From an uncultured Phycisphaerales bacterium (GTDB lineage Bacteria > Planctomycetota > Phycisphaerae > Tepidisphaerales > Tepidisphaeraceae): 64,000 nucleotides of DNA. Below the pieces are notes generated by a model that was not told where the DNA came from, made no database searches, and saw only the letters and a program-made list of their open reading frames with translations. The stretch is taken from the NCBI GenBank assembly GCA_963758525.1, contig CAVWVQ010000002.1, positions 160,001 through 224,000 on the forward strand, given 5' to 3'. The position numbers and the translations under genes are program-made. Below, in pieces: positions 42,718 to 51,778 of the stretch (the first letter of the stretch is position 1; the number at the start of each line of letters is the position of its first letter).

Positions 42718-43784
42718 CACAAGCAGTTGATAAAGAAACCGACGCTCGTCCCACCGCCATGGCGCAATCCAGACGGGCGCTGGCCGGCGCCTTGGAATTG
42801 GGTATCCGGCTCGTCGCGCTGGCGGTGGTCTTTTTCGCCTTTGGCGTCATGGTGCCGGGCGGCAAGTTTTTCACGCCCAGCAATATTGAGAACCTTCTCA
42901 TGCAAAGCGCCGTCTATGCGATGTGCGGCCTGGGCATGACGATGATTATCATCACCGGCGGCATCGATCTGGCTGCCGGATCGACCATCGCGCTGTCGAT
43001 GGTAGTCACGTCGATAATCCTCAACGGCGGAGTCGATGGAAGCGGTGCGCCGCTGGAGGCTCATCCATTTCCGATTACGCTCCTCGCGGTGCTCGGGGGA
43101 ATTTCGGTCGGCGCCGCGGTGGGTCTGATCCAGGGATCGCTCATTACCGGGCTGCGGCTCGTGCCGTTCATCGTCACGCTGGGCGGCTTCACCACGGTGC
43201 GCGGGTTTGCCAAATTCATCGCCAAGGATCAGGAAATCAGTCCGCCGTCAACCAACTGGCTCTTCGAGCATCTGATGTCGCCGGTGCAGGGGCGATCCTT
43301 CAGTTGGGAGCTTTTTGCGCCCGGCGTGTGGCTCACGATCGCGATGGCAATTTTCGCGGCGGCAATGCTGCGATACACGAAGTTCGGAAGGCGCGTCTAC
43401 GCGATCGGCTCCAACGAATCCACCGCGCGGCTCTGCGGCGTTCCCGTCTATCGCACGAAAATTCTCGTCTATACCATTGCCGGCGCCTTCACCGGCCTCG
43501 CGGGGGTCATGGAGTTCAGCAAACTGAACCTCGGTCAGCCGACCGGCGCCTTGAGTTATGAGCTGTATGTGATTGCCGCCTGCGTGATCGGGGGCACCAG
43601 CCTCGCCGGCGGCGTCGGAAAGATCAGCGGCACGATCATCGGGGCGTTAATCATCGGAACCCTCTACGCCGGTGCGCAACAGGCCGGTTGGCCCAAGGAA
43701 GTGCAGGAAATGGTGATTGGCGTGATCATCGTCGCTGCCGTCGCATTGGATCAACTGCGCGATCGATCGCGGAAGAAGGGGTGA
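42714..43784 (+). CDS. Sugar ABC transporter permease (RbsC-like)
   Basis: GMTMIIITGGIDL, PFIVTLG, FGRRVYAIGSNE..ARLCG, YELYVIAACVIGG; ATGA overlap with the ATPase. Confidence 0.92.
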   Translation: MTQAVDKETDARPTAMAQSRRALAGALELGIRLVALAVVFFAFGVMVPGGKFFTPSNIENLLMQSAVYAMCGLGMTMIIITGGIDLAAGSTIALSMVVTSIILNGGVDGSGAPLEAHPFPITLLAVLGGISVGAAVGLIQGSLITGLRLVPFIVTLGGFTTVRGFAKFIAKDQEISPPSTNWLFEHLMSPVQGRSFSWELFAPGVWLTIAMAIFAAAMLRYTKFGRRVYAIGSNESTARLCGVPVYRTKILVYTIAGAFTGLAGVMEFSKLNLGQPTGALSYELYVIAACVIGGTSLAGGVGKISGTIIGALIIGTLYAGAQQAGWPKEVQEMVIGVIIVAAVALDQLRDRSRKKG

Positions 43785-43906
43785 GGGAGCGAGACAGGGA
43801 TTGGAGATACGGGCGCGGCCGTTCGGGTTCGATGGCCGGTGGATTGCCGCATCTCCGATCACGATCCGGCAAACCGTGGTAGAATGGTTGCTCCCGAGGT
43901 GCTTCC

Positions 43907-44809
43907 ATGCCATCGCCAAAGAACATTCTCCAACTCCCGACCAGCACGTACGAGCAACGGCTTGCAACTGATCTGAGGTTCGCGATGTCGGAGATGGGCG
44001 CATTTTTCGAGGGCGAAAGCAAGGTCCACCGGGCTCTGCGGAAAATCACGCGCAAGTTGGACGAGCTGCAGATTCCCTACGCCGTCGCCGGCGGTCTCGC
44101 CCTATTCAGGCATGGCTATCGTCGGACCACCGACGACGTCGATCTGCTTGTGACCCGGTCTGACCTGAGGAAAATCCACGATCACCTTGACGGGCTGGGA
44201 TATTTGCCGCCCTTCAAAGACAGCAAGCATCTGCGCGATGTTGAAGAGGGCGTCCGGATTGAATTTTTGACCGCTGGCGATTTTCCGGGCGACGGAAAGC
44301 CGAAGGAAGTCGCATTCCCTGATCCGATCGGCGCAGCCACGGAAGCTGACGGCATCCGGTTTTTGGATTTAATTCCGCTCATCGAGCTGAAGCTGGCGTC
44401 CGGAATGTCTGCCCCCCACCGGAGGAAAGACCTTGTCGATGTCCAGGAGTTGATCAAAGCCCTTGCGCTGCCAAAGGACTTCGCTGAAAAGCTTCGGAAA
44501 TCTGTTGCGGGGGAATACAGCCGCCTCTGGTCCGAACTCAATGCTCCCCGGCGCTTTATCAAACTCTGGAGAAACAAGTGGCTTACTTCAAAGGCGGCCA
44601 CGCTCGAAGAGATGGTTGGCGGATTGCGCTCCGCGGCACAGACTTTGGAAGCGATGTTAAAAGATGGCGTCACCTTGGATGTTTCAGTTGGCGGGGTTGC
44701 GGACGACTACGCTCATCTCGTCACGACTGATCCAGAAATTGCGCGAAAATATGATATGCAGCCGGAAGAAGACTTCTTGGGCAAAGCTGGCGCAGATAAC
44801 GAGGTTTGA
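43907..44809 (+). CDS. Nucleotidyltransferase-fold protein (AbiEii/DUF6036-like) with an extra C-terminal domain
   Basis: IPYAVAGGLAL..HG..RTTDDVDLL; LIELKLASG...R.KDLVDV. Confidence 0.7.
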   Translation: MPSPKNILQLPTSTYEQRLATDLRFAMSEMGAFFEGESKVHRALRKITRKLDELQIPYAVAGGLALFRHGYRRTTDDVDLLVTRSDLRKIHDHLDGLGYLPPFKDSKHLRDVEEGVRIEFLTAGDFPGDGKPKEVAFPDPIGAATEADGIRFLDLIPLIELKLASGMSAPHRRKDLVDVQELIKALALPKDFAEKLRKSVAGEYSRLWSELNAPRRFIKLWRNKWLTSKAATLEEMVGGLRSAAQTLEAMLKDGVTLDVSVGGVADDYAHLVTTDPEIARKYDMQPEEDFLGKAGADNEV

Positions 44810-45024
44810 AGTCATTGCACCAGCATCAGAATTTGAACCCGCCGTGCGTTTGACACGGCAACGCCGATGCCTGTGAAGAGCGCCACGCGGAGCGGCACTT
44901 GGGGATCAACACCAGAAGCGTAACGGGGAAGAGCCGTTGAAGCCTTAGCCCCGCGCGCTGGGCGCCGCGGAGTTTGGCCCGTTCGCGGTTCTCGCCGGAT
45001 CGACATCGGAGACTGGGTGATTGC

Positions 45025-45378
45025 TCATCCCTGCGGTCCTTTGGAGTCTTCCTTTCCGTACTGATCATGCCGGCGCCACCACACGAACACCTTGGTCCGC
45101 GTGCCGCCCGCCGGTGAGTCTTCCCATTCCTCCTGGCGGCCGAGTGGTGTCAGGTCGAGCAAAGTCCCGCTGGTCAGCACCTCGGTGCCTCGGCCGCCGG
45201 TGTGATAGGTTTGGTAGACCTCTTTGCCGTCGTGGATGAAAACGCTGAGGCCGAAGTTCTCGCCCTTGTCGGTGGTCAGGCCGAAGTCCTGGTTGAAGTT
45301 GCTGCCCTGGGAGGAATACCAGGGATACGTCCAGCCCATCCGTTTCTTGTATTTCTCAATGTTGTTTAAAGGCGCGAT
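45025..45378 (-). pseudogene. C-terminal remnant of a DUF899 (thioredoxin-like) protein
   Basis: APLNNIEKYKKRMGWTYPWYSS...LLDLTPLGRQE.WEDSP...WWRRHDQY; no room for the N-terminal half before the upstream stop at 45474. Confidence 0.75.
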
Positions 45379-45473
45379 GAAAAATTCCCTTGTTCGATGA
45401 TTGTCTGCCCTTCTTACTTCCTTCCCTTCGTGCCGCAGTTTACTTGCCGCGGCGGGTGCCTCGGTTGCTTACT

Positions 45474-45911
45474 CTACCCGCGCTTTTTCTCTGCTGCCGC
45501 GCGAATGAGGTCCAGCATCTCTCCCCAGCCTTTGCTGACATCTTGCTCGAGTCCGGGCTCGATCAGACCAATGGCCTGGTGGGTGAATTTCAGCAGGGTG
45601 CCGCCGGGCTGTTCGGTCAGGCGGTACTGAATGTGCGAAATCGCCGGGTAGGACATCATCGTCGGCCCAACCAGCTCGAGCAGTTTCGGCGGCTTAATCA
45701 CCTGGACATGACCCCACAGGTGTCCGGTATTGATGCCCAGGTCGCGGAACCAGCGCCCGCCGGGCCACGGTTCCAGCTTCATGTTCATGTCCTTCATGGG
45801 ACCATGTGGTTCGAGCACGGTTTCGAAGACCACGTCCGCCGGGGCGGCAATCAGCACTTCTTTGACGACATGCAGGCTTTTGATAGCGGATGGGTTTTCT
45901 TCAGCGATCAT
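45474..45911 (-). CDS. SRPBCC/AHSA1 domain protein
   Basis: IAAPADVVF, LEPWPGGRWFRD, WGHVQVIKPP, GWGEML. Confidence 0.85.
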   Translation of the reverse strand: MIAEENPSAIKSLHVVKEVLIAAPADVVFETVLEPHGPMKDMNMKLEPWPGGRWFRDLGINTGHLWGHVQVIKPPKLLELVGPTMMSYPAISHIQYRLTEQPGGTLLKFTHQAIGLIEPGLEQDVSKGWGEMLDLIRAAAEKKRG

Positions 45912-46299
45912 GACGTTGCTCCTTTGAACGGGGTTGGTGGTTCGGTGCGGCGCGATTGTGCGCGGCAAGTTGTTTCGCTTTCTTCTCGGCGACTTCCTTG
46001 ATGCCGGCCAGCTGATCGGTCCAGAATCGCTCGAACGATTGAATCCAGTCGTGCACGGGTTTGAGCTCCTCCGGGTTCAGCCGATACAGCCGGCGCTGTC
46101 CTGCCTTATGAGCGGTGACCAGGCCCACCTTTCGCAGCACTCCCAGATGCTTGGAAACCGTCGGCTGGGGGAGGCCGAGCTTCAGCACCAGTTCCGTCAC
46201 ATCGTGCTCTATCCCCCCGGCAAGCAGATCCACGATCTTCCGCCGACGGGTCTCGGCGATGGCGTTGAAAACGTCGGAGGTTGTCGTCGCCCTGGCCAT
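45901..46299 (-). CDS. ArsR/SmtB family transcriptional regulator
   Basis: DVFNAIAE..RRKI, QPTVSKHL.VLR.VGLV, RRLYRLN. Confidence 0.9.
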   Translation of the reverse strand: MARATTTSDVFNAIAETRRRKIVDLLAGGIEHDVTELVLKLGLPQPTVSKHLGVLRKVGLVTAHKAGQRRLYRLNPEELKPVHDWIQSFERFWTDQLAGIKEVAEKKAKQLAAHNRAAPNHQPRSKEQRHDR

Positions 46300-46308
46300 G
46301 GACAGCAT

Positions 46309-46330
46309 TATATTCCTATAATAGAATATA
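46309..46330. promoter_or_regulatory. Putative ArsR operator
   Basis: AT-rich palindrome TATATTC-N8-GAATATA about 10 bp upstream of the arsR start. Confidence 0.65.
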
Positions 46331-46420
46331 TCAAGTAAAAAAAGAGAGACCTGCCATTTTTCCGGTAATCCAAGGTAGGACGCAACGGTTTTTTGAACGA
46401 GTAGCGCCGCTGGTCCTCGG

Positions 46421-46465
46421 AATCACCCTCACCGCAACCCTCTCCCGGGGTGCCGGGGGAGGGGG
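46421..46465. repeat. REP-like family A copy (reverse orientation)
   Basis: AATCACCCTCACC..AACCCTCTCCCGG...CCGGGGGAGGGG. Confidence 0.65.
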
Positions 46466-46496
46466 CACTAAAAAACAGGCTTTTGGCAGGGGTAAA

Positions 46497-46910
46497 CTAC
46501 GCATGAGCGATGATCATCCATGAGATGCCGAACGGATCGGTCACCATGCCAAAGCTGGAGGCGAAGAATGTCTTGCTCAGCGGCATCGTCACCTTGCCAC
46601 CCTTGCCGAGGGCGTCGAACCGGCGTCTTGCCTCATCTTCATCCGACACTGAAAGTGACAGAGAAATGCCCGAAAAATTGGGAGCTCCGGCGCAATGGCC
46701 GTCGGTGGCCATCACCACCGAATCGCCGATGCGCAAGCTGGCGTGCATCACCTTGTCCATCACGTGAGCCGGCATCTTGGCTTCTTCGCCGCCTCCCGGC
46801 ATTTCCTTGAATCGCATGATCATCTCCACCCTGGCGTCGACGGCGTTTTTGTAAAACTCGATCGCCTCGTCGCAGCGACCTTCAAATGAGAGATAGGGTT
46901 CGACTTTCAT
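46497..46910 (-). CDS. VOC/PhnB family protein
   Basis: PYLSFEGRCDEAIEFY, KVMHASL, GGKVTMPL..TFF...FGMVTDPFGISW. Confidence 0.88.
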   Translation of the reverse strand: MKVEPYLSFEGRCDEAIEFYKNAVDARVEMIMRFKEMPGGGEEAKMPAHVMDKVMHASLRIGDSVVMATDGHCAGAPNFSGISLSLSVSDEDEARRRFDALGKGGKVTMPLSKTFFASSFGMVTDPFGISWMIIAHA

Positions 46911-47854
46911 GATTGCTCCTGGGGGTCGTTGTTCTCCGGCCGTCCTTCGATGTAGAACCAATTGTGGATCGGTTTGAGAATCTGCAGGACCTCGCCGAGG
47001 AGCTGCTGGTCGATCGGCTCGGCCGCCCACTGGGCCCAGAGCCTGATGTTTTTCGGATTGGCCGATCCGACGATGCAAGTTGCCATGTCCTTGTTCAGAA
47101 TCGAATACTGCAGCGCGAGCTTGGCGATGTCCGAGCCCTTCGCCTCGCAGTGTGCCGCCGCCTGGCGGGCGATTTCGCGGACCTGCGGTGTGGCCTTATG
47201 CCAGCTTGGGAGCGGCGCGTTGGTCAGCAGCCGCGCCGAGAACGGCGCGGCGTTCATGATGCCGATCCCCTTTTCCTTCAGATATGGCGCCAGATCCGCG
47301 AGCATCGTGTTCTGCAGCGTGTAATGGTTGTAGGAAAGAATCACGTCCAGCGGCGCGCGGTCGGCGACGTAGCGGAACATCTTCATCGGGTAGCCGCTGA
47401 TTCCGACGAATTTCACCTTTCCCTGTTGCTGCAGCTTGCGCATGGCCGGGAGGGTTTCATCCACAATCTGCTGCATGTTCACAAATTCGATGTCATGGCA
47501 AAGGATGACGTCGAGATGATCGACCTTCATCCGCTCCAGGCTCACATGCACGCTTTCCTCGACGCGCCGGGCGGAAAAATCGAAGTGTTCGCCGCTGTAG
47601 CGTCCGAGCTTGGTGCCCAGCAGATAACGGTCACGCGGGACGCCTTTGAGCGCGAGCCCCAGCATCACTTCCGACATTCCCCGCCCATAGAACGGCGACG
47701 TGTCGATAAAATTCATGCCCAGGTCCAGAGCGACGTGCACTGACCGCAGCACCTCGTTGAGATCCACTTCGCGGAACTCAGCGCCCAGCGAAGAAGCGCC
47801 GAAGCTCAGCACGGGCAGTTGCAAACCGGTATTTCCAAGGGGACGCAATTCCAC
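46907..47854 (-). CDS. Aldo/keto reductase, L-galactose/L-fucose dehydrogenase-like
   Basis: LSFGASSLG, NFIDTSPFYG, TKLGRY, CHDIEF, GISGYP. Confidence 0.85.
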   Translation of the reverse strand: MELRPLGNTGLQLPVLSFGASSLGAEFREVDLNEVLRSVHVALDLGMNFIDTSPFYGRGMSEVMLGLALKGVPRDRYLLGTKLGRYSGEHFDFSARRVEESVHVSLERMKVDHLDVILCHDIEFVNMQQIVDETLPAMRKLQQQGKVKFVGISGYPMKMFRYVADRAPLDVILSYNHYTLQNTMLADLAPYLKEKGIGIMNAAPFSARLLTNAPLPSWHKATPQVREIARQAAAHCEAKGSDIAKLALQYSILNKDMATCIVGSANPKNIRLWAQWAAEPIDQQLLGEVLQILKPIHNWFYIEGRPENNDPQEQS

Positions 47855-47905
47855 GGTATGTCTCTTTCTTCCATTGACTGAAAACTGAACACTGAAAACG
47901 AACGT

Positions 47906-48352
47906 TCAATCTTTCCGGACGCCGATCGCCAGCAAGAGATTTCCGAACAGTTGCTGGTCGCCGGTCTGAACTGTCAACACGTGATCGGGGGTTGTGACCG
48001 CATCGTAGAACTTGAATTTCTCGATCGGCTCAAGCTCGAGTTGCAGGCCGGCGTCGCGGAGCGCCTGGCGGAACTCGTTCCAGACCGGCGGGTCAGACTT
48101 CAGGGCGTACGGACCAGTTGTCTGATAATTCATCGTATAGGCAGCCTCGATCGGAACGGCGCTGAGGATTGCCTGCAGGACCTGCGTGCAGGTCACCAGC
48201 CCCGGCATCAGATTGAGGCTCACAACCTCCGCGTTGGGCCCGCGCTTCGACCAGGCCGAGTAGTTGCCGTCGGCAATCAGGATTTTCGCGTGATGGCCCG
48301 CGCGGCCGATGACTTCGTTGATCTTGGGATGAATCAGCCGGTGTTTGAGCAT
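47906..48352 (-). CDS. RbsD/FucU family mutarotase
   Basis: MLK..LIHP, GH...ILIADGNY, FY, VQTGD. Confidence 0.88.
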   Translation of the reverse strand: MLKHRLIHPKINEVIGRAGHHAKILIADGNYSAWSKRGPNAEVVSLNLMPGLVTCTQVLQAILSAVPIEAAYTMNYQTTGPYALKSDPPVWNEFRQALRDAGLQLELEPIEKFKFYDAVTTPDHVLTVQTGDQQLFGNLLLAIGVRKD

Positions 48353-48364
48353 GGTGGCAGCGCC

Positions 48365-49222
48365 TTATGAGCGGAAGAATTTACGAAATGCGTCGATCGT
48401 CAGTCGCGCCGCCAGATCGGAATCGGGATACGGCAGACACTCCGCGGAAATATACCCGTCGTAATTCATCTGACGAAGCGACGCGGCAATGGGAGCGATG
48501 GCGGTGTGGCCCGTTCCGACGGGCCGTCGATTCGAATCTGCAAAATGCACGTGCCCGACGTGCCGCCCGCCGGCGACCAGCGCTTCGGGAAGGTTGGGTT
48601 CCTCGATGTTCATGTGGAACAAATCCGCCAGCAGAACCACGTTGCTGATTTCCTGCGAGACGATCAGATCCACCCCGTGCCCGATGGTGTTGCACATGTT
48701 CGTTTCATACCGGTTCAGCGGCTCGTAGATCAGCGGGACGCCATATTTTTCCCCAGCATACGCCCCGAGGCTCTTCAGCGCGTTGCCGAGATAGTAAAAA
48801 GCTTCTTCGCGCTCCACCCCGCCGCCCCACCGCCCCTGCATCGAGCCGATGATGACCGGCGCTCCCAGCGACCCCGCCGCGTCAATCATGGCGCGGACAA
48901 ACTCGCTCCCCTGATCGCGATTGGCGCGGTCGTAGTGGGTTAATGTCAGTTGATGCTTCACCCAGCCAGCGCCCGTCCCGACGGCGGCGACCTTCAGCTT
49001 GTGCTGGTCCAGCAATGGCTTGACCGCTTCGGCGTCGATCGCGTCCGGACCAGGCGGAAAAATCTCCACTGCGTCAAAACCCAGCGCGGACGCCTTTCGG
49101 CATCCCGCGGAAAGGTCGTCCCAAAAGACGAACGGCCCACCCTGCGCCTCGGGCACCAGCGAAATGGTAATCGCGCTGCTGATCAACTGCTGACTCCGAT
49201 CCGGGTTCTCGTCACAATGCAT
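48365..49222 (-). CDS. Sugar phosphate isomerase/epimerase (TIM barrel)
   Basis: GFDAVEI, EPLNRYE, DLFHMNIEE, HVHFADSNR, SAEC; start uncertain (49222-49240). Confidence 0.85.
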   Translation of the reverse strand: MHCDENPDRSQQLISSAITISLVPEAQGGPFVFWDDLSAGCRKASALGFDAVEIFPPGPDAIDAEAVKPLLDQHKLKVAAVGTGAGWVKHQLTLTHYDRANRDQGSEFVRAMIDAAGSLGAPVIIGSMQGRWGGGVEREEAFYYLGNALKSLGAYAGEKYGVPLIYEPLNRYETNMCNTIGHGVDLIVSQEISNVVLLADLFHMNIEEPNLPEALVAGGRHVGHVHFADSNRRPVGTGHTAIAPIAASLRQMNYDGYISAECLPYPDSDLAARLTIDAFRKFFRS

Positions 49223-49330
49223 GGCGTCGCGCGACGGCACATTCCATTTTTGCTTGTTACGTTTAGCGGCCGCCCGAAGGGCCGCGTTTCATCCCGCACG
49301 CGCCAGTTCGCGCCGGTTTCTACGCAGGGG

Positions 49331-50347
49331 CTACAACTCGATGACGGCTTTAATAACCCCGGTCTCCGGCTTGGTGAAAGACTCAAACACATCCGGCATC
49401 GTGTCAAACGAGCAGCGGTGAGTGATCCACGGCTGTGTGTCGATGCTGCCGTCCTCGATCCAACTGATAATCTTCGAAAAATCGCCCGGCATCGCGTTAC
49501 GGCTGCACAGCAGCGTCCCTTCGGGCCGGTGAAACACCGGATGCTTGAAGGTCACTTCCTTTGTCGTGATGCCGACGTAGACCAACCGCCCTGTTGGCGC
49601 CACATAACCGAAAGCGTTGGACATCGACACGTTGCTGCCGGTGGCGTCGATGACCACGTCGGCAAGGTTGCCATCGGTGACGCGGCGCAGATCGGATTCG
49701 ACGTTGTCCGACAGGACAATCGTCTCATCAACCCCCATCATCTTCCGGCAGAATTCCAGGCGGTGCACGCTCATATCCAGCACGATGACCCGCGCCCCCA
49801 TCAGCTTCGCGAAGACAATCGCGGACAGACCGATCGGGCCCGCGCCGATCACGAGGCAGTTTTCACCTTTGACGAGACTGGAGCGATTCACGGCATGCAA
49901 GCCGATCGCCAGTGTTTCCACGAGCGCGAGTTGCTCGAAATTCAGTTTTTTCGAAACATGCAGTTTGTCTGCCCGCATCACGAAGCGATCGCGCAAACCG
50001 CCGTCGGTCATCACGCCGAGCACCTTTAGATTTGCGCAGCAGTTGCTCGCACCCTTGCGGCATGCCAGGCAGTCGCCGCAGTTCATATAGGGTTCGACCG
50101 AGCAGCGATCGCCGGGCGCGACGTTCTTCACGCCCGGGCCGACTGATACGACCTCGACACCGAGCTCATGGCCCATGATGCGCGGATAACTCAGAAACGG
50201 CATCTTTCCAAGAAAGCCGCTCAAATCGGTTCCGCAGACGCCGACGCGATGCACGCGCACCAGCGCCTCTCCCGGCCCAGGCGCCGCGGCCTCGGGAAGC
50301 TCGATTCGCTCAAACCGTCCCGGTTTCTGCAATACGATCGCTCTCAC
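49331..50347 (-). CDS. Zinc-dependent dehydrogenase, YjjN/LgoD (L-galactonate 5-dehydrogenase)-like
   Basis: GVCGTD, YPRIMGHE, CGDCLAC..G.SNCC, GAGPIG, DATG, SRNA; GGAGG RBS. Confidence 0.82.
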   Translation of the reverse strand: MRAIVLQKPGRFERIELPEAAAPGPGEALVRVHRVGVCGTDLSGFLGKMPFLSYPRIMGHELGVEVVSVGPGVKNVAPGDRCSVEPYMNCGDCLACRKGASNCCANLKVLGVMTDGGLRDRFVMRADKLHVSKKLNFEQLALVETLAIGLHAVNRSSLVKGENCLVIGAGPIGLSAIVFAKLMGARVIVLDMSVHRLEFCRKMMGVDETIVLSDNVESDLRRVTDGNLADVVIDATGSNVSMSNAFGYVAPTGRLVYVGITTKEVTFKHPVFHRPEGTLLCSRNAMPGDFSKIISWIEDGSIDTQPWITHRCSFDTMPDVFESFTKPETGVIKAVIEL

Positions 50348-50468
50348 AGCTTGCCTCCTGCTCTTTGCACACACTCCGGACCGCAGCCGGAGCCGCCTTT
50401 TTGTTGGTGCGTGCTTCCAGCCTGCCGGTTTCCAGCAGGGCTGGAACCCCGGACCACCCTCGCGCTCC

Positions 50469-51731
50469 CTACAGAAATATCCGCTTCAAATGCCGGTCAA
50501 ACGTATTCTCCGTCACGTTCCTGGCGACGATCGACTCAAACTGCTTCAACGCATCGGTGTAGCGCGTCTCCAACTGTGCCGCGACTTTGAAGCCCACGTG
50601 CAGCAGTTGCCGGAAATGCGGGTTGTAGCGCGGATTGCTCTGGTCGTGACGCAACGTTGCCGCGTACTGCTCGCCGGTCCATCCATTCACCTCAGCCACC
50701 GTCGGCAGCTTCTTCTTGTCGATATCAATCACCGTCGCGTACGGCCCGCAAAGCTCGTCAAATCGCCCCAGCGCCGTCGCATACACCTCGCGAGCGATGG
50801 CGAGCCCTTCGCCGCCTGCTGATGCCAGGCCGATTAATTCTTCGAGCCAGGTCGTGCCCGCGGTCTTGATGTGCAGACCGGCGCCGGTGCGCTTGAGCGC
50901 GCGGTTGATGGCAGGATAGATCGAGAACTTGTCGCTCCCGGAGTGAACGCTGAGCTTCAGATTTGCGGGAAGCCCGAATTCCTTGATCGCAAATGCGATG
51001 ACCGCAAGGTCGTCTTTGAATTCCTTCTCGAACTGCTTGAGGTCGCCGACGTAATCGACGCCCTTGTTGAATCGACCCGTAAACTTGGGAGCGATTGTCT
51101 GCACCGGAAGCTTTTCCTTTGCCAGGGCCGCGAGAATGAACAGCAGCTCGATCGGAGTTTGCGGCTGATCCGTCTCGTCCATCGACACTTCGGGCACGAA
51201 GTTCCCCGCCCCTTTCTTCGATTCGACGTACTGATAGACCTTGCCGGCCTCTTTGACCGCGTGCAGGTATTTGCGTGCGATCCCTTCGATGCGGTCCGTT
51301 GTCACATCCATCGCTCCGTCGATCCCGTCAATGCGCAGCGAGCCGGCGAATTTCGCGTGATCGGAGACAAACGACTGAATCTGCGCGTCATCGGCAGGCT
51401 TGGCAATGAAGTCCGCGACGTCGATCGTGAAAAAGTCGCTGGGAGCCAGGAAGCGGTCGACTGTCTTGAGGCCGATGTGGTCAGCATCGACGAAATACGG
51501 GCTCTTCCACCCCAGCGCGGCGGTTGCCGCGTTTGCTTCCTCGCGCACGCTGGACGGCTCGCTGTGAATGATGTTGTGCTCGCGATTGGACTTGTTCCAG
51601 ACCGGCGCCACTTCGACGCCAAGATCGCGGGCTTTCACAAATGCCGCGAGCTGAGCGCGTCCCTGGTGCGCGAAGCGGTCTCCGATTCCCATGCTGTATT
51701 TTGGTAGTGGGTTCATGTTGGTAAGTCCCAT
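50469..51731 (-). CDS. uxaE: Tagaturonate/fructuronate epimerase family protein
   Basis: GIGDRF, DADH, EVSMDET, IAPKF.G.F.KGVDY, KLSVHSGSDKFSIY, HIKTAGTTWLE, RQLLHVGF. Confidence 0.85.
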   Translation of the reverse strand: MGLTNMNPLPKYSMGIGDRFAHQGRAQLAAFVKARDLGVEVAPVWNKSNREHNIIHSEPSSVREEANAATAALGWKSPYFVDADHIGLKTVDRFLAPSDFFTIDVADFIAKPADDAQIQSFVSDHAKFAGSLRIDGIDGAMDVTTDRIEGIARKYLHAVKEAGKVYQYVESKKGAGNFVPEVSMDETDQPQTPIELLFILAALAKEKLPVQTIAPKFTGRFNKGVDYVGDLKQFEKEFKDDLAVIAFAIKEFGLPANLKLSVHSGSDKFSIYPAINRALKRTGAGLHIKTAGTTWLEELIGLASAGGEGLAIAREVYATALGRFDELCGPYATVIDIDKKKLPTVAEVNGWTGEQYAATLRHDQSNPRYNPHFRQLLHVGFKVAAQLETRYTDALKQFESIVARNVTENTFDRHLKRIFL

Positions 51732-51778
51732 TTTCCTCCGTAGCCGCGAATCGGTCAAGCGCGCACGACCGTAACTGA

